A DNA stretch of 64,000 bases, taken from Candidatus Levyibacteriota bacterium (GTDB taxonomy: Bacteria; Patescibacteriota; Microgenomatia; Levybacterales; UBA12049). Under the pieces are notes generated by a model. It searched no databases, had not been told where the DNA came from, and worked only from the letters and a program-made list of their open reading frames with translations. Of this stretch, positions 55,828-64,000 are shown in pieces. The DNA lies in NCBI GenBank assembly GCA_030651475.1, contig JAUSEW010000027.1, forward strand, positions 41,553 through 105,552. Reading direction: 5' to 3'. The translations under genes were made by a program, and so were the position numbers. Every line of letters starts with the position of its first letter. Within the stretch, counting starts at the first letter, position 1.

Positions 55828-56715
55828 ATGGTGGAATTATCAATAATTATACTTAATTACAAGACTTCAGACTTAACAATTGCCTGTCTTAAATCTATAA
55901 TTTCCAAATTCAACAAAGAGCTGGAGTTCGGTAGATTCGAAATAATAGTCGCGGATAATGGCTCCAAGGACGCTTCGGTAGAAAGTATTAAGTATTATGT
56001 ATCAAGTATTAAGTATAAAAATATTAAAATTTTAGAAAATAAAGAAAACTTGGGTTTTGCCAAAGGAATGAATAAGGCATCGCAAAACGCAAAAGGAAAA
56101 TATCTGCTATTTCTAAATTCCGACACTGAAATGCTTGATAAAGGACTTACGGACATGATTGAATTTTTGGATTCTAACAAAAAAGTTGCCATTTTAGGCG
56201 GAAAGTTTATGAATAAAGATGGTTCGCTCCAGCCATCCTGCGGAAAATTCTATACGCTTTTTAATCTTTTTCTAATGCTTATCGGCACAGAAAGGCTTGG
56301 GTTTCTGCGTGAGAGCCCATCTATTGTTAAAAAAGTTGATTGGGTAAGCGGGGGATTTATGATGGTAAAACGCGATATATTCAAAAAATTGGGTTGTTTT
56401 GACGAGAATTTCTTTATGTATATGGAAGATATGGATATTTGCTATAGAGCGAAAAAAGAAGGTTGGGATACGTATTTTTTCCCCAGAGCTTGCGTAGTTC
56501 ATAATGGGCATGGAAGCAGCAGCAGGACATTTGCTATAATTAATATATATAAGGGTATTTTGTATTTTTACAAAAAACACAACAGCTATTGGCAGTATAT
56601 TTTAGCCAGGACGTTACTTACTGCGAAGGCAATAACTGCAATCTTTTTTGGGTTCCTAACTAACAATATCTATCTTAAAAATACCTACAAAAGCGTTATA
56701 AGAATCGAGCTATGA
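55828..56715 (+). CDS. Glycosyltransferase, GT2 family
   Basis: LSIIILNYKTSDLT...EIIVADNGSKD...GFAKGMN...FLNSDTEM motifs. Confidence 0.75.
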   Translation: MVELSIIILNYKTSDLTIACLKSIISKFNKELEFGRFEIIVADNGSKDASVESIKYYVSSIKYKNIKILENKENLGFAKGMNKASQNAKGKYLLFLNSDTEMLDKGLTDMIEFLDSNKKVAILGGKFMNKDGSLQPSCGKFYTLFNLFLMLIGTERLGFLRESPSIVKKVDWVSGGFMMVKRDIFKKLGCFDENFFMYMEDMDICYRAKKEGWDTYFFPRACVVHNGHGSSSRTFAIINIYKGILYFYKKHNSYWQYILARTLLTAKAITAIFFGFLTNNIYLKNTYKSVIRIEL

Positions 56716-59700
56716 AAATATTACGTTTCATTTCGAATAATTTTTTGTTTCTGATTACTCTTTTTCTGCTGGCGTTTATTCCTCTTTATCCCAAACTGCC
56801 TATTGTTAATGTACAGCATACCTGGGTTTATATCCGCGCAGAAGACTTTATCGTTACGCTTGTTGTTATTCTATGGATTTTCTTACTCTTGCTTAAGAAA
56901 GTTACGCTAAAAACCCCGCTTACCTTACCTATAATATTATTTTGGCTTGCTGGCGGAATAGCAACTCTTCATGGGGTGCTTTTCATTTTCCCAACACTTT
57001 CGGACGTTTTTTCCAACGTAGCATTTTTAAGCTTTCTAAGAAGGATAGAATATATATTTTTATTCTTCATTGCTTTTACAAGCATAAAAGAAAAAAAGTT
57101 TATATCTTACGTTACTATTGGGTTGGCGGTTACGCTCCTTCTAGTTGTAGGATACGGTTTGGGGCAGAAATTTTTAGGATTTCCTGCGTATTTGACAATG
57201 AATGAAGAATTTGCCAAAGGAGTTCCTATTCAGCTGTCAGAGCTTTCTCGAATTCCATCTACATTTGCAGGTCATTATGATTTGGCAGCCTATTTGGTTT
57301 TGATAGTTCCTTTAATCACAAGTATGGTTTTCGGATTTAAAAACTGGTTTGTAAAGATGTTCTTATTGGGTACGGCAGCTTTGGGTTTTGTATTGCTTGC
57401 TATGACGGTATCTAGGGTTTCCTTTTTCGTACTCTTAATTTCTATGGTCGTGATGCTTATCTTGCAAAAAAAAAGACTGCTTATTATATCTTTATTTTTA
57501 ATAGTTATTGTATTTTTAAGCTTTTCTTCAAGTCTTCTGCAGCGGTTCGGAAATACTCTCAAAGAAGTAAACGTATTGGTTGACGTAAACACAGGGGGAG
57601 CGATAGGCGAAGTAAAAGAAGTTCCTGCTAAATATTTTGAAAATAAAATTGTCAAAAGACAATTTATCTCAAATGAAGAAGCTAAACTATCTAGTGCATC
57701 TGCAATTCTGCCTTTCTCATTAATTCCTCCTGTGGCATCTCTTATAGTAGAACCAAATAGTCCGACCGGAGAAAATTTGCCGCAAGGAACAAGCTACGTA
57801 AACCTTCCTCTTTCTCCCATTACCAAAAAAGTACAGCAGTTCTTTTATCAAAAATCTAATAATAGGGGGGGAATAATAGCAGAGGAAATAACTGTTTCCT
57901 ACGGAGACTTTGTGATGAAGAAAGCTTTGGCCTATGATCTTTCATTTACGACCAGATTTCAGGGAGAATGGCCAAAAACGCTACTGGCTTTTACTCGAAG
58001 CATTTTTTTAGGAAGCGGTTATGGATCAGTTAGCCTTGCCGTAGATAATAATTACTTGCGAATTTTGGGAGAAACGGGAGCATTTGGATTTATCTCTTTC
58101 TTATCGATTTTCTTAATTGCAGGCATATATATAAAAAAAATACTTCCAAACGTAGATTCCCCTATTGTCCGAAGCTTCATCTTAGGTTTTATCGCCGGTA
58201 CATTCGGATTATTATTAAATGCACTTCTTATCGATGTCTTTGAGGCATCGAAAATTGCTTTTACATACTGGCTTCTAATGGGAGTAACGCTTGGAACCTT
58301 AGAGCTATATAGAAAAGAAGAAATAGATCTTTATCAAAATTTCAAAAAAGTAGTAATTTCCACGTACGCAATTATTATTTATCTATTTACAATTATGATA
58401 GGATTATTCTCTTCTGCTTTCGGTTATTATTTTGTTGGCGATGACTTTACCTGGTTTAGATGGATTGTGGATTGCTATAGCGGAGCCATTAAAAATGGGT
58501 TACAACAATGTCAGCCTTTTGCCATAACGATTATTCAGTACTTTACGCAGGCTGATGGATTTTTTTACCGCCCGGGAGCAAAATTGTACTTTGATTTGAT
58601 GTATTCAGTATTTTGGCTTAATCAATCAATGTATCATTTCGTTTCATTTTTTCTTCATTTTTCCGTTGCAGTATTGGTATTCTTGATTTCTAAAAGGATT
58701 TTAAAAAATTATTTCTTGGCTATTGTTAGCGGCGTATTTTTTCTTATACTTAGCGGAGGATCTGAAGCGATTTTTTGGATTTCTTCTACGGGTTTTCTTT
58801 TTAACGCAATGTTCGCTCTTCTTGGATTACTCTTTTTTATTTATTGGAAGGAAAGAGGAAAAATAATTTACCTTGTTATTTCCTGCGTCTCCATTGCCTT
58901 AAGCTTATTATTTCACGAACTTGGAATTATGGCGCCATTTCTCGTAATTCTTTACGATACTGTTTTTGGAGAAAAATCCGCAGCAAATAAATTATCTAGG
59001 AAATCATCCTATCTATTTTTACTATCCCCAATTTTGCCCTATCTGATTTTACGCCTCGTAGCGGGAAGTCATTGGTTCAATGGTGACTATAGCTATAACT
59101 TACTTAAGCTTCCGTACAATATTATCGGCAATGCAATTGGATATATAATGCTTACTTTTTTTGGACCCGCATCCTTATCTTTTTATGAGGGGTTAAGGAA
59201 TTTCTCAAGAGCGCATTCAATATTTGCAATAGTAGCGTCACTTATTATGATTTTCCTTATTATTAAATTTTATCGACTGGTGGTTAAAAACATAGATTTG
59301 GAAGAGGAAAAAATTGTGACCTTTGGATTTTTGTTTTTCATATTAGCGCTATTACCGTTTCTAGGACTAGGCAACATTGCCTCTCGCTATAGTTATCTGT
59401 CTTCCTTTGGACTTATGATTCTTTTTGTATTCTTTCTCAAAAAAGCATATGGTTATTTACTTTTTAACGGTAAATATATCGCCATGTCAAGCGTAGTTTT
59501 AATAGCGATTATCTTTAGTATGGCGCAACTTTTTCAATTGCAAAAATTAAGTTCAGATTGGCGAGTAGCCGGTGAAAAGTCACAAAATTTTCTTATATCT
59601 CTTAATAAAGTTTATACGGAGGATTGGGCAAAGGAACACGTTCAATTGTATTTTGTTGATACCCCAATTCGAAACGGAGAAGCATGGATATTCCCCGTTG

Positions 59701-59870
59701 GGCTTCCCGATGCAATATGGCTTACTGTAAAAAACAATAATCTTTCAATTTTCCAGCCTTCAAATTTACAGCAAGCTTTAGATCAGGCGGGAACATCATC
59801 GAATGCAAAAGTTTTAAAGTTTGATAGCGATGGAAATATTACAGAAGTATTTAGAGTAAAAACACAATGA
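56712..59870 (+). CDS. Fusion membrane protein: N-terminal O-antigen polymerase/ligase-like (Wzy_C/WaaL-like) domain plus C-terminal GT-C-like multi-TM domain (1052 aa)
   Basis: Residues ~1-520: about 10 TM helices, a large extracytoplasmic loop, then VDNNYLRILGETGAFGFISFL (cf. the HNxYL..L.E.G..G Wzy_C signature). Residues ~540-1052: a second ~12-TM domain beginning FGYYFVGDDFTWFRW (DD motif), paralogous to 37458..39092. Confidence 0.5.
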   Translation: MKILRFISNNFLFLITLFLLAFIPLYPKLPIVNVQHTWVYIRAEDFIVTLVVILWIFLLLLKKVTLKTPLTLPIILFWLAGGIATLHGVLFIFPTLSDVFSNVAFLSFLRRIEYIFLFFIAFTSIKEKKFISYVTIGLAVTLLLVVGYGLGQKFLGFPAYLTMNEEFAKGVPIQLSELSRIPSTFAGHYDLAAYLVLIVPLITSMVFGFKNWFVKMFLLGTAALGFVLLAMTVSRVSFFVLLISMVVMLILQKKRLLIISLFLIVIVFLSFSSSLLQRFGNTLKEVNVLVDVNTGGAIGEVKEVPAKYFENKIVKRQFISNEEAKLSSASAILPFSLIPPVASLIVEPNSPTGENLPQGTSYVNLPLSPITKKVQQFFYQKSNNRGGIIAEEITVSYGDFVMKKALAYDLSFTTRFQGEWPKTLLAFTRSIFLGSGYGSVSLAVDNNYLRILGETGAFGFISFLSIFLIAGIYIKKILPNVDSPIVRSFILGFIAGTFGLLLNALLIDVFEASKIAFTYWLLMGVTLGTLELYRKEEIDLYQNFKKVVISTYAIIIYLFTIMIGLFSSAFGYYFVGDDFTWFRWIVDCYSGAIKNGLQQCQPFAITIIQYFTQADGFFYRPGAKLYFDLMYSVFWLNQSMYHFVSFFLHFSVAVLVFLISKRILKNYFLAIVSGVFFLILSGGSEAIFWISSTGFLFNAMFALLGLLFFIYWKERGKIIYLVISCVSIALSLLFHELGIMAPFLVILYDTVFGEKSAANKLSRKSSYLFLLSPILPYLILRLVAGSHWFNGDYSYNLLKLPYNIIGNAIGYIMLTFFGPASLSFYEGLRNFSRAHSIFAIVASLIMIFLIIKFYRLVVKNIDLEEEKIVTFGFLFFILALLPFLGLGNIASRYSYLSSFGLMILFVFFLKKAYGYLLFNGKYIAMSSVVLIAIIFSMAQLFQLQKLSSDWRVAGEKSQNFLISLNKVYTEDWAKEHVQLYFVDTPIRNGEAWIFPVGLPDAIWLTVKNNNLSIFQPSNLQQALDQAGTSSNAKVLKFDSDGNITEVFRVKTQ

Positions 59871-61339
59871 AAAAGCTTGAGACTCTTATTTTATTTTTAA
59901 TTCTCATAGGCGGATTTATAGTAAGATTTTATAATTTCAGTAGTCCTGTTGCGGATTGGCATTCGTGGCGTCAGAGCGACACGTCGGCAGTTTCCAGAAA
60001 TTTTATCAAGTTTGGTTTTGATATTCTGCATCCGCGCTTTGACGATTTATCAAATGGAGTTTCTTTAATAGATAATCCTAATGGACATAGATTTGTGGAA
60101 TTTCCTATTTATAATGTTTTTCAGGCAGGACTGTTTAAATTTTCTGCACATTGGACTTTGGAGGAATGGGGAAGAATTGTTACTATATTTTCTTCATTAA
60201 CTGCAGTTGTCTTTCTCTATTTATTGCTTAAGAAACATATCTCCGCTCGTGCAGGTTTGATAGGAGCATTCTTTTATGCTTTTGTTCCATATAACATTTA
60301 TTTCAGCCGAACTATTCTTCCGGATCCTTTGATGATCGCATTTTTCTTAGGAGGTTTATTCTTCTTTGACCAGTATCTGGATGGAAAATCTACCGGAGGC
60401 AAGTATACATATTATCTATTGGCAATAATACTAACCGCAGCAGCACTTCTTATGAAACCATTCGTGGTTTTTTTCTTTTTGGCATATTTGTATCTAATCT
60501 TTATGGAAAGGGGATTAGCGGGTTTTAAGAGGTTGGATGTATGGTTATTTTTTATTATTTCTATAGCGCCGTTTATTCTTTGGAGAGTGTGGATGCAGCA
60601 ATATCCGGAGGGAATTCCGCAGAGTAATTGGCTATTTAACGGAACAGGAATAAGATTTAAGGGAGCGTGGTTTTGGTGGATTTTTGCAGAAAGAATAGCG
60701 CGTGAGATGCTTGGATTTTGGGGATTGCCATTTGTCGTATTGGGAATGATAGCAAAGACAGGGAAGAAAGAAGGATGGTTCTTTTTAACCTTTGCTGCAT
60801 CATCTTTGGCTTATCTTACGGTTTTTGCCACAGGCAATGTTCAGCATGATTACTACCAAATTCTTATAGTTCCTGCTCTTGCTATATTTTTCGCAAAGGG
60901 AATTGACTGGGCGCTTTCTTTAGCTAGCGATCGTATGCAGTATTTAATTACATTATCCGTTATTACCGTAACTACATTATTTATGTTAATGTTTGGGTGG
61001 TTTGTGGTAAGAGATTTTTATTCGATACAGCATCCTTCTATAATTGAGGCCGGTCAGGCAGTTGATATGCTTACTCCAAAAGACGCAAAAGTTATCGCTC
61101 CGTACAATGGAGATACGACATTTTTATATTTCACAAAAAGACAGGGATGGCCTGTTTTTGAGAGGACGCTTAAAGAGTTTAAGAAAGCAGGAGCATCTCA
61201 TATCGCATTTGCCGATCCAACCAAAGAAGAATTAAATTTCCAAACGTTATTTAAACCGGTAGCTATAACAGCAACGTACGCAATATTCGATCTCAATAAG
61301 CCAACCCCGCAAGGCTTACTGGAACAGAAAAAGAACTAA
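59867..61339 (+). CDS. GT-C membrane glycosyltransferase, PMT_2/ArnT-like (GT39/GT83-like)
   Basis: VADWHSWRQSDTSAVSRNF after TM1 matches the D..HsWRQ.DT..iaRnf consensus of the PMT_2/ArnT-like family as I remember it. About 12 TM helices. Confidence 0.6.
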   Translation: MKKLETLILFLILIGGFIVRFYNFSSPVADWHSWRQSDTSAVSRNFIKFGFDILHPRFDDLSNGVSLIDNPNGHRFVEFPIYNVFQAGLFKFSAHWTLEEWGRIVTIFSSLTAVVFLYLLLKKHISARAGLIGAFFYAFVPYNIYFSRTILPDPLMIAFFLGGLFFFDQYLDGKSTGGKYTYYLLAIILTAAALLMKPFVVFFFLAYLYLIFMERGLAGFKRLDVWLFFIISIAPFILWRVWMQQYPEGIPQSNWLFNGTGIRFKGAWFWWIFAERIAREMLGFWGLPFVVLGMIAKTGKKEGWFFLTFAASSLAYLTVFATGNVQHDYYQILIVPALAIFFAKGIDWALSLASDRMQYLITLSVITVTTLFMLMFGWFVVRDFYSIQHPSIIEAGQAVDMLTPKDAKVIAPYNGDTTFLYFTKRQGWPVFERTLKEFKKAGASHIAFADPTKEELNFQTLFKPVAITATYAIFDLNKPTPQGLLEQKKN

Positions 61340-61340
61340 G

Positions 61341-62534
61341 ATGAAAATATTGCTCGTATCATCATTTTTGCCCTATCCTCTTTATTCCGGCGGGCACATC
61401 CGTTTATACAATCTCATAAAAGGTTTATCCGGAAAACACAAGATAACTCTTGTCTGCGAAAAAAGAGATTATCAAACAGAAAAGGATGTTTTGGAGGTAG
61501 AAAAAATTTGTGAAAAGGTAATAACGGTTGATAGAAGAAAACAGTGGTCTTGGCAAAATATAGCAGTATCAGGTTTCTCTATAAATCCATTTTTAGCAGT
61601 TGGCCACACGAATAATGATATGAGAAACAAAATTGGCGAATTATTAAGCAATACGGATTTTGATTTAATTCACGTTGAAACTTTTTACGTTTTGCAAAAT
61701 GTACCCCAGACTAAAATCCCTATTGTTCTAGCAGAGCATAATATAGAGCATTTAGTTTATGAGCGTTTTGCCAAAAATGCGCCCTTTTTTATAAAGCCGT
61801 TTCTGTATGTAGATATCGCTAAGATGAAATATCAAGAACAAAAGGCTTGGGATAGAGCAGGAAAGTTAATTGCGGTATCAAGTCAGGATAAAGAAATGAT
61901 GGGAAAAAGAAACGTTGAGATCGTATCAAACGGAGTAGACATTAATAAGTTTAAAGTTAGAAGTGAGAAGTCAGAAGTTGAAGGTTCTGAGAAGAGAATT
62001 TTGTTTATTGGCGATTTTAAATGGATAGAGAATAGAGATGCGGTCAAATGGATATTAAAGGAGATATGGCCTGAAATAAAATCAAAAATCAAAAATCAAA
62101 AATCAAAATTAATACTTTGGATAGTTGGGAGAAGGATTCCGCAAGAGATTAGAAATTTAGGAGGAGAAAATGTTATTTTTGATGAGAATGCTCCGGAAAA
62201 TACTAATTTAATTTACCAGAAAGCAGATGTATTGTTAGCGCCAATTCGAGTTGGAGGAGGAACAAGCTTTAAAATTCTGGAGGCAATGGCAAGCGGAGTG
62301 CCTGTTGTCACAACAGATCTTGGAAATTCGGTTAATGCACAAGCGGGCAGGGAAATTATTATTGCAGAAAATTCATCGGATTTTGCAAAAAAGACAATAG
62401 AAATTTTAACCAATAACAAGGCTTATATAGATATTGCAAATAACGCAAGAAAATTCATAGAAGAAAATTATACTTGGGAAAAAATTATTAAAAAATTAGA
62501 AGCGGTTTATGAGGAGGCAGTTAAAAATGATTGA
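61341..62534 (+). CDS. Glycosyltransferase, GT4 family
   Basis: GGGTSFKILEAMASGVPVVTTDLGN motif and GT-B layout. Confidence 0.8.
   Translation: MKILLVSSFLPYPLYSGGHIRLYNLIKGLSGKHKITLVCEKRDYQTEKDVLEVEKICEKVITVDRRKQWSWQNIAVSGFSINPFLAVGHTNNDMRNKIGELLSNTDFDLIHVETFYVLQNVPQTKIPIVLAEHNIEHLVYERFAKNAPFFIKPFLYVDIAKMKYQEQKAWDRAGKLIAVSSQDKEMMGKRNVEIVSNGVDINKFKVRSEKSEVEGSEKRILFIGDFKWIENRDAVKWILKEIWPEIKSKIKNQKSKLILWIVGRRIPQEIRNLGGENVIFDENAPENTNLIYQKADVLLAPIRVGGGTSFKILEAMASGVPVVTTDLGNSVNAQAGREIIIAENSSDFAKKTIEILTNNKAYIDIANNARKFIEENYTWEKIIKKLEAVYEEAVKND
62078..62105. repeat. (AAAATCA)x4 heptanucleotide tandem repeat inside the GT4 CDS
   Basis: aaaatca aaaatca aaaatca aaaatca read directly. Encodes KSKIKNQKSKL. 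Confidence 0.9.
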
Positions 62535-63432
62535 TTTATCAATAATAATCGTTAATTACAATACGAAGGTTTTTCTAAAGAATTTATTAGATTCGATTGA
62601 GAAGTCTATTTCAAAAAAGATTACCTATGAAGTTATTGCTGTTGATAATGCATCAACTGATGCTTCGGCATCAGCAATTTCCAATTTCCAATTTCCAATT
62701 TCCAATTTACGACTGATTATAAACAAAAAGAATTTGGGGTTTGCGAAAGCGAATAATCAGGGAATAAGAGCTTCACAGGAAAGCCGTTACCTTTTATTTC
62801 TAAATCCCGATACTTTGATGCAGGAAAATACAATTGAAGAAATGATTAAGTTTATGGACACACATGAAGACGCAGGCGCAGCTACGTGCAAAATCGTAAT
62901 GCCAAATGGAGAGATTGATGATGCAAGCCATCGGGGTTTTCCAACGCCTTGGAACTCATTTTCGTATTTTTCCGGTTTTTCAAAAATATTCCCAAAATCA
63001 AAATTATTTAGCGGGTACAATTTGGGATGGATGGATTTTGGGAAAGCGCATGAAATAGATGCCTGCGCAGGAGCATTTATGGTAGTAAGACGTTCAGCTG
63101 GAGAAGCGATTGGCTGGTGGGACGAAGATTATTTTTTTTATGGAGAAGATTTGGATTTTTGCTATATGTTAAAACAAAAAGGCTGGAAGGTTTATTACGT
63201 CCCGCAAGTTTGGATATTGCATTACAAAGGGGTTGCCGGAGGAATTAAGAAAATTTCGCAGAATATTAGTACGGCAGATTTGGAAACCAAAAGAAGAGCA
63301 ACCAAAGCAAGATTTTCTGCCATGAAAATCTTCTACAAAAAACACTATGAAAAAAAATATCCCAAAATCACAACCTGGCTTGTTAAGCTGGCAATAAACC
63401 TAAAATTACGTTTAGCTATGAAGAATGCGTAG
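62527..63432 (+). CDS. Glycosyltransferase, GT2 family
   Basis: LSIIIVNYNTKVFL...VIAVDNASTDAS...GFAKANN...FLNPDTLM motifs. The start is set at the ATGATTGA overlap (62527) rather than 62509. Confidence 0.75.
   Translation: MIDLSIIIVNYNTKVFLKNLLDSIEKSISKKITYEVIAVDNASTDASASAISNFQFPISNLRLIINKKNLGFAKANNQGIRASQESRYLLFLNPDTLMQENTIEEMIKFMDTHEDAGAATCKIVMPNGEIDDASHRGFPTPWNSFSYFSGFSKIFPKSKLFSGYNLGWMDFGKAHEIDACAGAFMVVRRSAGEAIGWWDEDYFFYGEDLDFCYMLKQKGWKVYYVPQVWILHYKGVAGGIKKISQNISTADLETKRRATKARFSAMKIFYKKHYEKKYPKITTWLVKLAINLKLRLAMKNA
62677..62704. repeat. (ATTTCCA)x4 heptanucleotide tandem repeat inside the GT2 CDS
   Basis: atttcca x4 followed by attt, read directly. Encodes SNFQFPISNL. Confidence 0.9.
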
Positions 63433-63434
63433 GT

Positions 63435-63977
63435 TTAAAGAGCTTTTTTCCATGTTTTTGCGTGTCTACCTTTCCCAAATTTATCAGGTAAGAACCCGTA
63501 ACTTTCATCACATACCCTATCGTAGAAACCCCAACTTGCTTTATATCGTGGTCCGCTATTGAGCACTAATTGTTTTTTTCCTAATTTTTTGGCTTCATTA
63601 CAGACTGCGGTGAATAGTTTTCTGCCAATACCTCCTCCCCTAAAAACTTCGCCCGAAACAAAATTATTCAATAACTCTATAGACAACTCAGGAGTAGTGT
63701 TGAAATGTCTAAGCATATCCGGATCGGGTTGAGAATAAGCAGTGCATCCTAAAACTTTTCCCGTCTCATCTTTTGCAACAAAATAAGTACGAGTTCTTCC
63801 GTATTGGTCTTGTCCGCCTTTCATATAGCGTTTTATGTCATCTATTTCATTTAGCAATATTTCACCAGCATCGCTTCTTACATGTTGTATCAATATTGGT
63901 TCTAGCTGAGCTATATCATTTTCCCCCAGGGGATGAATCTCTACATTTATAATTTTAGCTTGTTCTTCATTAGCCAT
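63435..63977 (-). CDS. GNAT-family N-acetyltransferase
   Basis: RGGGIGRKLFTAVCNEAKKLGKKQLVL acetyl-CoA-binding motif A region. Confidence 0.65.
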   Translation of the reverse strand: MANEEQAKIINVEIHPLGENDIAQLEPILIQHVRSDAGEILLNEIDDIKRYMKGGQDQYGRTRTYFVAKDETGKVLGCTAYSQPDPDMLRHFNTTPELSIELLNNFVSGEVFRGGGIGRKLFTAVCNEAKKLGKKQLVLNSGPRYKASWGFYDRVCDESYGFLPDKFGKGRHAKTWKKAL

Positions 63978-64000
63978 AAATAAATTATATCATAGCTTAT

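Noticed and set aside
62078-62704. Possible CRISPR array or other repeat-spacer structure suggested by the heptamer repeats
   Set aside because: The repeats are only 28 bp in total, contiguous (no spacers) and inside CDS. They are not CRISPR. No cas genes are present in the window.
1-64000. Mobile elements, integrases, transposases, phage genes, toxin-antitoxin or defence systems
   Set aside because: None of the 59 ORFs shows transposase (DDE), integrase (tyrosine or serine recombinase), terminase/capsid or nuclease/ATPase defence-system motifs. The window is monothematic for glycan biosynthesis.
1-64000. rRNA, tRNA or other structured RNA genes
   Set aside because: Coding density is about 98%, and the few gaps (≤170 bp) are AT-rich promoter-like regions. 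I saw no tRNA-like cloverleaf (GTTC...CCA-type) or rRNA-like GC-rich conserved stretches, but I could not run a covariance search.

Overview
The whole 64 kb window is low-GC (~33%), gene-dense bacterial DNA, and essentially all of it is a single very large cell-surface glycan biosynthesis and glycosylation region. No rRNA, tRNA, CRISPR array, transposase or integrase is visible. I count 59 protein-coding genes in about 14 alternating-strand transcription units, many with 1-8 nt start/stop overlaps (ATGA-type). Everything below is read from protein motifs in the six-frame translations, so family-level calls are reasonably firm but exact substrates are inferred.

- **Cytoplasmic glycosyltransferases:** about 12 GT2 (GT-A fold) and 6 GT4 (GT-B fold) enzymes, plus one truncated GT4 copy.
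- **Membrane glycosylation machinery:** nine GT-C-type integral-membrane glycosyltransferase candidates.
  - Four PMT/ArnT-like proteins with a DE/DD loop motif.
  - Two members of a related DE/DD-motif family, one of which is fused to an O-antigen-polymerase/ligase (Wzy_C)-like domain.
  - Three YfhO-like proteins, one truncated by the window start.
  - Three GtrB/CsbB/ArnC-like polyprenyl-phosphate-sugar synthases, and a Wzx-like flippase.
- **Rare-sugar toolbox:**
  - A PglF/CapD-like 4,6-dehydratase next to a DegT aminotransferase.
  - A Gmd-like dehydratase next to an Fcl/ColC-like epimerase-reductase.
  - Three more DegT-family proteins, one of which carries His in place of the PLP lysine (the ColD/E1 3-dehydratase signature).
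  - Four extended-SDR epimerase/dehydratases, an RmlC-like cupin and a split transketolase pair.
  - A sugar N-formyltransferase with a WbqC-like neighbour, an NodU/CmcH-type carbamoyltransferase, and two hexapeptide-repeat acetyltransferases plus a GNAT.
  - Four methyltransferases: one TylC3-like C-methyltransferase and a shorter paralog (both with a zinc ribbon), one FkbM-type, and one generic class I.
- **Repeats:** two heptanucleotide tandem repeats, (AAAATCA)4 and (ATTTCCA)4, sit inside adjacent glycosyltransferase genes, and a 14-bp tandem repeat sits inside another.

The gene content and architecture suggest a CPR-like or other Gram-positive-type organism that builds unusually elaborate surface glycans through several extracytoplasmic, lipid-linked-sugar-dependent glycosylation modules. 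The lineage call is an inference.
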